From assembly GCA_964542415.1 (NCBI GenBank), contig CAZIVQ010000001.1:1-25656 (forward strand): a stretch of 25,656 nt of DNA. The letters are read 5' to 3'. Source of the DNA: an uncultured Bacteroidia bacterium (GTDB lineage: Bacteria; Bacteroidota; Bacteroidia; J057). The position numbers were made by a program, and so were the translations under genes. Shown in pieces: positions 16,411-24,874 of this stretch; position 1 is the first letter of the stretch; the number at the start of each line of letters is the position of its first letter. The notes beneath the pieces are model-generated. The model worked only from the letters and a program-made list of their open reading frames with translations, did no database searches and was not told the DNA's origin.

Positions 16411-17011
16411 GAAAATCCAATAGTTTTTGCCCTTCCAGGTAGCCTTCTACCCGGTCCCCGACTTGCAGGGGTCCTACTCCTTTGGGCGTTCCAGTAAAAA
16501 TCAGGTCGCCCTTTTTCACCGTAAAAAACTGACTCAGGTACACCAGCAGGTCCACGACCGAAAAGATCATGTCAGCGGTATGGCCTTGCTGCCGGGTTTG
16601 CCCGTTGATGTCGCACTGAAAGTGGACATCTTGCAAATCGGGAAACTGCTCCGGCGGCAAAAACTCAGAAATGGGAGCTGCCCCATTAAAGCCCTTGGCC
16701 AGCTCCCAGGGCCAGCCCTTCTCTTTGGCCTCCTGCTGCACATCCCGGGCCGTAAGGTCGATGCCCAAGCCGATGCCGTCGAGGTAGGAAGGAACGAACT
16801 CCGGCTGGATAAATTTACCCTCTTTGCCAATTCGCAGCACCAATTCGCATTCGAAGTGCAGGTCCTGGGTAAATTCCGGATAATAGACATCCTTGTTTTC
16901 CCGGACTACCGCCGTGTCTGGCTTCATGAATAACATGGGCTTGCCAGGCAAAGGATTGTTGAGCTCTTTGGCATGCTCGGCATAGTTTCGACCAACGCAA
17001 ATCAGTTTCAT
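16400..17011 (-). CDS. Fumarylacetoacetate hydrolase family protein (FAHD1/YcgM-like), 203 aa
   Basis: MKLICVGRNYAEHAKEL, FMKPDTA, HFECELV, IDLTARD, WELAKGF and GDLIFTGTPKGVG. ATG 17011. Confidence 0.95.
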   Translation of the reverse strand: MKLICVGRNYAEHAKELNNPLPGKPMLFMKPDTAVVRENKDVYYPEFTQDLHFECELVLRIGKEGKFIQPEFVPSYLDGIGLGIDLTARDVQQEAKEKGWPWELAKGFNGAAPISEFLPPEQFPDLQDVHFQCDINGQTRQQGHTADMIFSVVDLLVYLSQFFTVKKGDLIFTGTPKGVGPLQVGDRVEGYLEGQKLLDFHVK

Positions 17012-17042
17012 GAGAGAATTTTGGGGGAAGAAAAAGGTGGGA

Positions 17043-17453
17043 TCAAGGGCAATCACCCGCAAAAAGCGGCGTCAGCGAGAAAGGCTCGCGGACCCACAGG
17101 CTGTCTGGCCCGGCAAGGTAACCCTGATCGGGATTCCATACTGCATAGCTGGCCCTACAATCTGAAAAAAGGGTGCGCGGATGGAGGTCTGCCTCGAAGT
17201 CCAGGTACCAGGTATCCGCTTCAAAGCGCAGGCGAAAGCGTCCCTGACAAGACTCGTACGAAAGGCCGGTGCCTAAGGGACTATCTACCCTACGCCGGTT
17301 GTGGTAGGTGCTATCCTCCAGGATCAAGGTGAAATCTTTGTTGCAATAGCGCCCCAGCAGGCGGCTCCGGACTTCCGCTTCTGGAGGGGGAGTAGGGGTA
17401 CAAGCAAGCAGCCAACTCAGCAGGCAGCAAGGAAGCCAGAGGTATTTGTCCAT
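17043..17453 (-). CDS. Hypothetical lipoprotein, 136 aa
   Basis: ATG 17453, hydrophobic leader, lipobox LLA-C, and four further Cys in the mature chain. The upstream part of track ORF 17043..17708 overlaps the GGGP synthase and is not coding. Confidence 0.7.
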   Translation of the reverse strand: MDKYLWLPCCLLSWLLACTPTPPPEAEVRSRLLGRYCNKDFTLILEDSTYHNRRRVDSPLGTGLSYESCQGRFRLRFEADTWYLDFEADLHPRTLFSDCRASYAVWNPDQGYLAGPDSLWVREPFSLTPLFAGDCP

Positions 17454-17511
17454 GAGACGGGATTTAGAAAAAACAGGCAGAAAACACATCCCGGCAAAAC
17501 CCGGACCAGGG

Positions 17512-18291
17512 CTACTGGTGTCCAAGCTTGCCCAGGGCAGGTACCAGTTGTTGGCGTACTTGCTGCAAGGCATGCAGCAACTCATGGGCAGGCTCTTGCT
17601 CCAAGGCAGTACCGATGACCAGGATATCAGCCCCGGCTTCCCAGGCTTGGCGCGCGGTTTCGGCCGTGCGGATGCCGCCTCCCACCATGAGAGGCACCTC
17701 CATCTCATTCGCTACCCGCCGGATCATCGCGGGTGCCACGGGCTTTAAAGCGCCACTCCCCCCGTCGAGGTAGATGAGCTGGAGGCCCAATTGCTGCCCG
17801 GCCAGGGCGGTGGCAGCCGCAATGCCGGGCTTGTCATGGGGGATAGGCTGGGTATTGCTGATGTAGTGCGCCGTGGTGGTACGCCCCCCATCGATGAGCA
17901 GGTAGCCGGTGGGTAGAATCTCCAGGTCGGCGCGCTTCAGCAGGGGGGCGGCCACCACATGCTGCCCAATGAGCAGGTCGGGGTTGCGGCCGCTGATGAG
18001 CGACAGCAGCAAGATCGCATCGGCGGCGGGTTCGATCTGATGGATGCTGCCCGGAAACAACACCACCGGCAAGCGGCTCAAGGCTTTGAGCTGTGGCACC
18101 AATTGATGGATGTGCCCGTCGGCGACCAAGCTTCCCCCCACCAACCACGCATCAACCCCCGTCGTTTCCGCTAGCTCGACCAGGGTCGGCAAGGCTTCCA
18201 GATCGACTTTGTCAGGGTCGAGCAACAAGGTCAAGGCCTTGTACCCCTCCTGACGGCGGGTCTGAAAGTAGGCCAGCAGAGATGCGTTCAT
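17512..18291 (-). CDS. pcrB: Geranylgeranylglyceryl/heptaprenylglyceryl phosphate synthase (GGGPS/PcrB family, group II-like)
   Basis: LLDPDK, VGGSL, PVVLFPGS, SLISGRNPDLLIGQHV, TGYLLIDGG, IYLDGGSGA and VGGGIRT. Confidence 0.93.
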   Translation of the reverse strand: MNASLLAYFQTRRQEGYKALTLLLDPDKVDLEALPTLVELAETTGVDAWLVGGSLVADGHIHQLVPQLKALSRLPVVLFPGSIHQIEPAADAILLLSLISGRNPDLLIGQHVVAAPLLKRADLEILPTGYLLIDGGRTTTAHYISNTQPIPHDKPGIAAATALAGQQLGLQLIYLDGGSGALKPVAPAMIRRVANEMEVPLMVGGGIRTAETARQAWEAGADILVIGTALEQEPAHELLHALQQVRQQLVPALGKLGHQ

Positions 18292-18342
18292 GCAAGTGAA
18301 ATTTCGCGCGTCTGGGATCGTATAAATCCTGGGATATTGCTG

Positions 18343-18350
18343 CGAAATTA
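18343..18350 (-). promoter_or_regulatory. Putative -7 box variant (TAATTTCG) for the GGGPS-led gene run
   Basis: One mismatch to TAnnTTTG, 51 nt upstream of ATG 18291, in the divergent intergenic region. Confidence 0.4.
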
Positions 18351-18475
18351 AGAAAATTTACCAGATGGGTATTGATTTTTACCCATAACTCTAACACCTG
18401 GAGATGGGCCGACGATTCCTTTGGTTGAAAAAATCTCGTATCTTTTATCCTATCAACTTACGCGTGTCTCACTTC

Positions 18476-20026
18476 ATGAAAGCCCGGCTTTATTTTTCCA
18501 TCCTGTCTCTGCTCGGATTGGGGGTGGGTCTCCTCCCCCTTTCCCAGGCCCAGCAAGCCCTACCCCGGGGGTTTGCTCCTGGGGAAAAGCAGGCCATGCC
18601 GGCCTACTTGGCCGCCCAGCTCGGCTACAAGGGCCCTGCCCTGCCTTATCCTCCCGCCAGGCCAGTGCGTTGCATGGCCGAATGGGAAGAGGTTGGCTAC
18701 TTGGTATTGGCCTGGACCCAGTACCAGCCCGCCCTCCGGGAGGTGGTTCGCCATAGCCAACGGACCGCCACCGTGCTGATTCTTTGTGATGATTCCCTCG
18801 CGGTAAAGCGGTACCTCCACGCGGGAAAGGTCCCCTTGACCCGCACCCGCTTTTTACCCGGAAACTTTGAGAGTGTTTGGATCCGTGACTACGGGCCTCA
18901 GTCAGTTTACCTCCATGCCGTCGATTCGCTCTTTCTGGTCGATTATCTTTACAACCGGCCCCGCCCCGCCGACGACCAAGTGCCAGAATGGCTGGCCCAA
19001 GAACTGGGCCTGCCCCTCTACAGTGCTTCGCAAGCGCCCTTTGACCTGGTGCATATTGGGGGAAACTTCATGGCTGATGGCATGGGCATGGCTTATTCGA
19101 CCGAATTGATCCTGCAGGAAAATGCCCGGCCAGATCATTTCAATGCTTCTCCCAAAACCGAGGCCGATATCGACTGGCTGATGGAGAACTATCTGGGTAT
19201 CGACCATTACCTTAAGTTGCCCGCTTTGCCCTACAATCCCATCCATCACCTCGATATGCACCTCAAGTTGCTTGATGAGGAAACCTTGCTGGTGGGTACC
19301 TATCCGCCGGGCATCGCCGACGGTCCCCAGATCGAAGCTAACCTGCAATTGATCCAACAACAGCACCAGATTCTCTTCGGGCGGCCCTTACAGGTGGTGC
19401 GCATCCCGATGCCCCAAGACGAAGGGCAGTACCCCGACCAACCAGGAGCTGCTTATCGCACCTATACCAACTCTGTGTTTATCAACGAGTTACTGCTCGT
19501 TCCTACCTATGCTTCGCCCTACGATACGGTAGCCCTGACCCTCTTACGAACTGCGCTGCCCGGGTATGAAATCGTGGGGATCGACGCCCGGGACATGATC
19601 CGGGCCGGAGGGGCCCTGCACTGCATCACCCAGACCATTGGCCACCCGGCGCCCCTGCTGATCGCTCACCGCCGCTTACCCGATCTGCCCCTTGGCAAGG
19701 AGCATGTGCTGGTGCAGGCCCAGATCGCTCACCGCAGCGGCATCAAAGAGGCTTTCCTGGCCTACCAGTGGCCAGGGGACAGCAGCTTTCGCTACCTCCC
19801 CCTGGAACCTTCGCCCGGAAAACGTGATTATTGGCAGGTAGCCTTGCCCCTCCCCCCGGTCAGGGGCAAAGTAAGGTACTTTTTCCATGCCGAAGCCCAA
19901 GATGGCAAATGGCAAAGACGGCCTATGACCGCCCCGGAAGGCTACTTTAGGTTTGAGATAGGCAAGGAATCGCTCGGTTCAGAGCCGGTTGATTCTATTC
20001 TTCCTTTGCTCAAGCTCCTACGATAG
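18476..20026 (+). CDS. Exported agmatine/peptidylarginine deiminase family protein (PPAD-like), 516 aa
   Basis: Signal peptide from ATG 18476, RCMAEWEE, WIRDYGP, GGNFMADG, HHLDMH, YTNS, GGALHCITQ (catalytic Cys), then a C-terminal beta-rich domain. Confidence 0.92.
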   Translation: MKARLYFSILSLLGLGVGLLPLSQAQQALPRGFAPGEKQAMPAYLAAQLGYKGPALPYPPARPVRCMAEWEEVGYLVLAWTQYQPALREVVRHSQRTATVLILCDDSLAVKRYLHAGKVPLTRTRFLPGNFESVWIRDYGPQSVYLHAVDSLFLVDYLYNRPRPADDQVPEWLAQELGLPLYSASQAPFDLVHIGGNFMADGMGMAYSTELILQENARPDHFNASPKTEADIDWLMENYLGIDHYLKLPALPYNPIHHLDMHLKLLDEETLLVGTYPPGIADGPQIEANLQLIQQQHQILFGRPLQVVRIPMPQDEGQYPDQPGAAYRTYTNSVFINELLLVPTYASPYDTVALTLLRTALPGYEIVGIDARDMIRAGGALHCITQTIGHPAPLLIAHRRLPDLPLGKEHVLVQAQIAHRSGIKEAFLAYQWPGDSSFRYLPLEPSPGKRDYWQVALPLPPVRGKVRYFFHAEAQDGKWQRRPMTAPEGYFRFEIGKESLGSEPVDSILPLLKLLR

Positions 20027-20049
20027 GGCATCAAGCGCGAGACGGACCC

Positions 20050-21540
20050 CTACCGGGCCAGGGCATGCCGGAAACTGTTGAATCCCACGGCCCCAAAGCC
20101 AAAGACCTGCATCAGCATAAATGGCATGATGCTGAAGTCCCGGAAGTGGACGGATAGGTAAACCCCCAGGCAGAAGTAGAGCGTCATCAGCAATTCGCCC
20201 AGCACACTCGGCGTGATCTTCACGGAGCGATATTTCACCTGATTCCAGCGGTCTTTGGGGGTTTTGAGGTTGAACTTGGGCGTGCGGACGAAAGGCGTCT
20301 TCTTTCCCCAATAGCCCTGCAGCACCGCGATGGAGTTGTGCAGCGAGAGGCCCATGGAGAGAGAAAGGAAGGGGATGTAGTGAATCACAAAACGCTTGAT
20401 GGCAGCGCCAGGGCTGGCTTCCCGGCGGCTGAAGGTCACCAAGTAGAGCAAGCCGAGGATCACGAAGCTACACAGCAGGGCCGTCACGGGTATGAGGAGA
20501 AATCCCACTTTGCCGTGAAATACCTCGTGCTTGAGGTAAAGCAAAGGCACACTCGTCGCTCCCAATACCAAGACCAGGAGAAAGACTGAACTGCTGAGCA
20601 AATGCAGGGTGCCGTGGATTTTACGGAGGAGCCCGGTATCGGAGCGCCAGAGGGTACGCAGCATCTTACGGGCTACTTCTGCCCCGCCTTTCATCCAGCG
20701 ATATTGCTGCGATTTTATGGCGTTCATCTCAGCCGGTAGTTCGGCCGGGGCCCCGATCTCGTCGATATAGCGAAATTTCCAGCCTTTGATTTGCGCCCGG
20801 TAACTCAGGTCGAGGTCCTCGGTGAGGGTATCGGCTTCCCAGCCACCTGCATCCAAGATGCAGGTTTTGCGCCAGACGCCGGCCGTGCCGTTGAAATTGA
20901 TGAAATAGCCTCCTACGTCGCGGCTAAACTGCTCGATGGTGAAGTGCGCATCAAGGTGAAAGGCCTGCACCTCGGTGAAAATCGAGTAGTTTTGGTTCAA
21001 GTGTTCCCAGCGGGCTTGCACCACGCCAATGTTGGGGTCGGTGAAGTTGGCCAGGGTGGCGCGCAGGTAGTTGGGATAGGGAAGAAAATCGGCATCGAAG
21101 ATGGCGATGAATTCGCCTTTGGCAAATTCCAAGCCGTAGCCTAAGGCTCCCGCTTTGAAGCCGGTCCGCTCAGGGCGGCGTACGTGTTCGATTTGCAAGC
21201 CCTCAGCTTGTAGGGTGGTAATCTTAGCCGCTGCCAATTCCACCGTCTCGTCGGTGGAATCATCTAGTAGTTGCACCTCAAAGCGGTCTCTTGGATAGTC
21301 AAGCGCCGCTATGGCATCCAGGAGCCGCTCTACCACATACAACTCGTTATAGATCGGCAACTGAACCGTCACGAAAGGCAACTCATCGTCGTCCCCGAGG
21401 GGGGGGACCGGTTGGTACTTATTCCGGTTGCGCAGGAAGGTAATGATCAAATGGAGTTGTCCCAGGCTGTAAAGAACCAGCAAGGTGAGCGCCAGCCCAT
21501 AGACCCCCAGAACTACATATTCGAATATTTGCAAAAGCAC
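20050..21540 (-). CDS. Processive membrane GT2 glycosyltransferase (cellulose-synthase-like/Csl type), 496 aa
   Basis: VQLPIYNE, DDSTD, KAGAL, FDADF (DxD), NGTAGVWR, TEDLDL and QQYRW (QxxRW), with multiple TM helices. GTG start. Confidence 0.93.
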   Translation of the reverse strand: MLLQIFEYVVLGVYGLALTLLVLYSLGQLHLIITFLRNRNKYQPVPPLGDDDELPFVTVQLPIYNELYVVERLLDAIAALDYPRDRFEVQLLDDSTDETVELAAAKITTLQAEGLQIEHVRRPERTGFKAGALGYGLEFAKGEFIAIFDADFLPYPNYLRATLANFTDPNIGVVQARWEHLNQNYSIFTEVQAFHLDAHFTIEQFSRDVGGYFINFNGTAGVWRKTCILDAGGWEADTLTEDLDLSYRAQIKGWKFRYIDEIGAPAELPAEMNAIKSQQYRWMKGGAEVARKMLRTLWRSDTGLLRKIHGTLHLLSSSVFLLVLVLGATSVPLLYLKHEVFHGKVGFLLIPVTALLCSFVILGLLYLVTFSRREASPGAAIKRFVIHYIPFLSLSMGLSLHNSIAVLQGYWGKKTPFVRTPKFNLKTPKDRWNQVKYRSVKITPSVLGELLMTLYFCLGVYLSVHFRDFSIMPFMLMQVFGFGAVGFNSFRHALAR

Positions 21541-21573
21541 AGGCTTAAATTAAAATAGCCAACAATTCGCTCA

Positions 21574-21581
21574 CAAAAATA
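21574..21581 (-). promoter_or_regulatory. -7 box (TATTTTTG) upstream of the Csl-type GT2
   Basis: Perfect TAnnTTTG 33 nt upstream of GTG 21540. Confidence 0.6.
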
Positions 21582-21705
21582 CTAATTGGCTGATAAAATT
21601 ATAGCAACCCCTGCCCCCACGCATAAAGTGAATTTCAGCAGTGTTTACCCGGCAAGGTACTACTTAATCATGCAATCTTCACTATATCAACCCCAACCTT
21701 CTCAT

Positions 21706-22422
21706 TTACAATAGCTTAAAAATCGTCCAGAGAATTTTATAACCTGCCATCACCGTCCCGTAGGCCGTCCCTGTCACCTTTGAAATCCCGATCCGGCGGC
21801 GGTACTTCACCGGCACTTCGGTACACTTGAGGCCCAGTTTGGCCGCCTTCACCTGCATTTCCACCGTCCAACCAAAAGTTTGATCCTGCATGTCGATGGC
21901 CAGCAGTTGGTCGTACCTCACCGCCCGAAACGGCCCCAGGTCCGAAAATTCATACCCATATAGCCAGCGAATCAACGTCGTAGCCAGCCAGTTACCAAAA
22001 CGCTGCTGCGGCATCATTGAGCCAGGCTCACGGTTTCCCAAGGCCCGCGAACCAATGACCAGGTCGTACCCATCCTCCAGGATAGGTGCGGCCAATTTAG
22101 GTAATTCTTCCGGAAAATCGGAATAATCACCGTCGAGAAAAACCACGAGGTCTGGGGTCTGGTCAGCGGGCTTTTTCGCCAGGTAAGCCAGGCCTTTGAG
22201 GCAAGCAAATCCATAGCCCTTGCGGGGTTCTTGCAGGACCGTCGCGCCAGCTGCCCGGGCATGCGCTTCTGTGGCATCAGTAGAACCATTGCTCACCACG
22301 ATGGCCTCCGCTACCCAAGCCGCCGGCAGGTCCGCCAGCACTTTGCCGATCGACTCCGCTTCATTGTAAGCAGGAATGATCACATAAATCCGGGCTGAAG
22401 ACGGTTCCAAAGCTTCTGACAT
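21706..22422 (-). CDS. GT2 glycosyltransferase, polyprenol-phosphate glycosyltransferase (DPM1-like), 238 aa
   Basis: VIIPAYNEAESI, NGSTD, GYGFACL, FLDGDYSD, VIGSR, DLGPFRA and GWTVEMQ. Start ATG 22422 (ATG 22452 is an alternative). Confidence 0.92.
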   Translation of the reverse strand: MSEALEPSSARIYVIIPAYNEAESIGKVLADLPAAWVAEAIVVSNGSTDATEAHARAAGATVLQEPRKGYGFACLKGLAYLAKKPADQTPDLVVFLDGDYSDFPEELPKLAAPILEDGYDLVIGSRALGNREPGSMMPQQRFGNWLATTLIRWLYGYEFSDLGPFRAVRYDQLLAIDMQDQTFGWTVEMQVKAAKLGLKCTEVPVKYRRRIGISKVTGTAYGTVMAGYKILWTIFKLL

Positions 22423-22498
22423 GGCCGCAACAATTATCAATACGGCCTGCAAATAACGAAAATCCAGCTTATTTCCCTGTCACGCTTGAGACATAAGC

Positions 22499-23278
22499 TT
22501 ATTCACCTGATGAGCTGGCTTTCCCCTCGGGAACGGCAGACACCATAGAGTAGCGTTCGCGCACCTTGATGTTGCGAAACCAAACCAAGCCACCATGGTC
22601 CTGCAAGCCGATGTAGCCCGAGCGGGCTTGGCCATATTCCGGAAATTCTTTCCACTTCCCTGCCGCCTTTCTTTGCTCCCAGTCCTCAGACCAGGGTACA
22701 AAACTCAGCAGCAACTGCCCATTGAGCCAGTGCTCGGCTCGCTCCGGGGTGAAGACGATACGGCTCGTGTTCCATTCACCCGCAGGTTTCACGATCTTTT
22801 TACTGTTGTCAGGCAGGTACATGGCATAATCTGCGCCGAGCTTCTGCCATGCTTCCAGCGGCGCCGGAAACCCGATGTCGTCCAGCACCTGGTACTCCGG
22901 AGCATTGAAATAGGGGGCTTCGTACTCAGGCCCTTCCACCACATGGTAGAAGACGCCACTGTTGCCGCCTTCGCTGATTTTCCACTCTAAGGCCAGCTCG
23001 AAGTTATCGAACTCCCGGGCCGCATAGACCACATCACCCCCGATGTCTCCGCCTTCGCCCAGGCATTTAAGCACCCCATCCTCGATCATCCAGCTGGCCG
23101 GCAAGGTGTCCATGTTGAAGCCACGCCAGCCCTCAAGGCTGCTGCCGTCAAACAAATAGGTCCATTCGCTTTCTGCGATCGGGGCCTCAGAGGAATCTTC
23201 AGATGTCTTTTTGCTAGTCGGCTCGCTACAGGCTAGCAACAGCAGGAGCAGGCTCAGGAGGGGTAGCAGGGTTTTCAT
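22499..23278 (-). CDS. DUF1080 (3-keto-glycoside lyase/3-keto-disaccharide hydrolase) lipoprotein
   Basis: Lipobox LLA-C, LFDGSSLEGW, NSGVFY, PEYQVLD, GEWN and GLQDHG..VWFRNIKV. Confidence 0.92.
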   Translation of the reverse strand: MKTLLPLLSLLLLLLACSEPTSKKTSEDSSEAPIAESEWTYLFDGSSLEGWRGFNMDTLPASWMIEDGVLKCLGEGGDIGGDVVYAAREFDNFELALEWKISEGGNSGVFYHVVEGPEYEAPYFNAPEYQVLDDIGFPAPLEAWQKLGADYAMYLPDNSKKIVKPAGEWNTSRIVFTPERAEHWLNGQLLLSFVPWSEDWEQRKAAGKWKEFPEYGQARSGYIGLQDHGGLVWFRNIKVRERYSMVSAVPEGKASSSGE

Positions 23279-23418
23279 GCGGAATAATAAAAGGTGAGAA
23301 TCAAACCGAAAGTAGGTTCAAGCGAAAAAACTCAGCGTGGCTCAGACGAACCGGTAGGGGAAAACCAACGGCAAAAACGTAACCCAGGTACAAGCTCCTC
23401 CCGCTCCATTCAACCCTT

Positions 23419-24768
23419 TCAAGCCTTCTTCATTTTCACCGGATCCCAATGAATGATGCGATTTTGGGCGTAGCTCTCATTGCAGAGCAAGGCTGGCGCG
23501 GCCGCACGAAAGCCGAAGACCGGATCTTCGTCTACTTTGCCGCCTTCTCGAATGGCCCGAAAGAGATGCTGGAAATGCAGGTAATGGGTGCCGGGATAGT
23601 CGGCTTCTACCCGGTAGACGGTCTCTGCTACCGGGTACATGCCTTCGCGCTTCGGTTGGAACGCAGCCGCGTCTTTGTTCTTTGCTTGGGAGAAAGGATC
23701 GTTGTCCGGGGGTACGTCATTCTGCTTGAGGACGACCTCTTCCCACTTCACGTCCATAGCGCCCTCGCTGCCGACGAGGCGCAGGTAAGTGGTGCCGCTG
23801 GTGCCGTCGACGAAGTTGCAGCGCAGCGAGAGGTTGAAGCCGGGATGGGCCTGGGTTTCGGGATATTGGAACATGCCCACCAGCACATCGGGTACCTCGC
23901 GGCCATCTTGCCAGTAGCGCAGGCCGCCCATGGCCCCGATTTCTTCCGGCCCCAGCGAGCCGGTGATGAAGTGCAAGCTGGAAAACAGATGCACAAACAG
24001 GTCGCCGGACATGCCAGTGCCGTAGTCGGTGTAGTTGCGCCAGCGGAAGAAGCGGTTGGCGTCGAAAGGCCGCTTGGCAGTGTTGGCCAGGTAGCGATCC
24101 CAGGCCACGGTCGCTTCCGAAGCGTCGGGCGGAATGGGATATTGCCAGGCGCCGAGAGGCGAATGTCGCGCCCAGAAACCCTCGGCATAGTTGAGCTTGC
24201 CGATGGCTCCGGCCGCGAGCAGCTCGCGGGCCTTGGCATTACCAGCCGAGGACATGCCCTGGCTGCCGACCATGAAGACCTTGCCCGATTTTTTCCAAGC
24301 GTCGATCACCTCATGGCCTTCTTCTACCGAATGCACCATTGGCTTTTCACAATACACATGCTTTCCAGCCTCCAGGGCAGCCACCGAGATCGGTTTGTGC
24401 CAATGGTCAGAAGTGCCGATGATGACCACATCGACGTCTTCGCGGCGCAAGACCTCTTGATAATCTTCAGTCAGAAACAGCTCCTCTCCCCAACGCTCCC
24501 TGGCATCACGCAGGCGGCCCTGGTACAGGTCACAAACCGCGACCAGGGAGACATTGTCATGCTCCAAGGCCACCGAGGTGTCGTAGGTGCCCATGCCTCC
24601 GGCTCCGATCAGGGCGACCTTGAGGGGTTTGGCCGTAGGGTCTCGCTTCACCACTACTGGCAGGGGCTGGTAGGTCCGGGATTCGCGGGCCAAGGCCTGG
24701 CCTAAGGGGCTGGCTGCTGCCGCCGCCATGCCCAATTTTTTCAAAAATGAACGACGTGGATGTTTCAT
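23419..24768 (-). CDS. Tat-exported Gfo/Idh/MocA family oxidoreductase, 449 aa
   Basis: Tat motif RRSFLK, IGAGGMG, TSDHWH, HVYCEKP and GDLFVHLF. ATG 24768. Confidence 0.93.
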   Translation of the reverse strand: MKHPRRSFLKKLGMAAAAASPLGQALARESRTYQPLPVVVKRDPTAKPLKVALIGAGGMGTYDTSVALEHDNVSLVAVCDLYQGRLRDARERWGEELFLTEDYQEVLRREDVDVVIIGTSDHWHKPISVAALEAGKHVYCEKPMVHSVEEGHEVIDAWKKSGKVFMVGSQGMSSAGNAKARELLAAGAIGKLNYAEGFWARHSPLGAWQYPIPPDASEATVAWDRYLANTAKRPFDANRFFRWRNYTDYGTGMSGDLFVHLFSSLHFITGSLGPEEIGAMGGLRYWQDGREVPDVLVGMFQYPETQAHPGFNLSLRCNFVDGTSGTTYLRLVGSEGAMDVKWEEVVLKQNDVPPDNDPFSQAKNKDAAAFQPKREGMYPVAETVYRVEADYPGTHYLHFQHLFRAIREGGKVDEDPVFGFRAAAPALLCNESYAQNRIIHWDPVKMKKA

Positions 24769-24874
24769 GAGCGTTGTTCGCAAGTTGAGAATCGCACCAG
24801 TGGCTTCGTTTATCCTCGGAAATATGCAAATTTTTTTAAAAAATGCCCGCCTTACCCAGCCGTCATACAGGTGA

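Noticed and set aside
17454-17708. N-terminal extension of track ORF 17043..17708
   Set aside because: Overlaps the GGGPS 3' end in another frame. The lipoprotein signal starts at ATG 17453.
13009-24705. Long antisense ORFs (13009..14244 -, 14527..15489 +, 23449..24705 +, also 4763..5404 - and 24863..25405 -)
   Set aside because: They are shadow frames of well-supported genes, expected at this GC content and codon bias, with no protein motifs.
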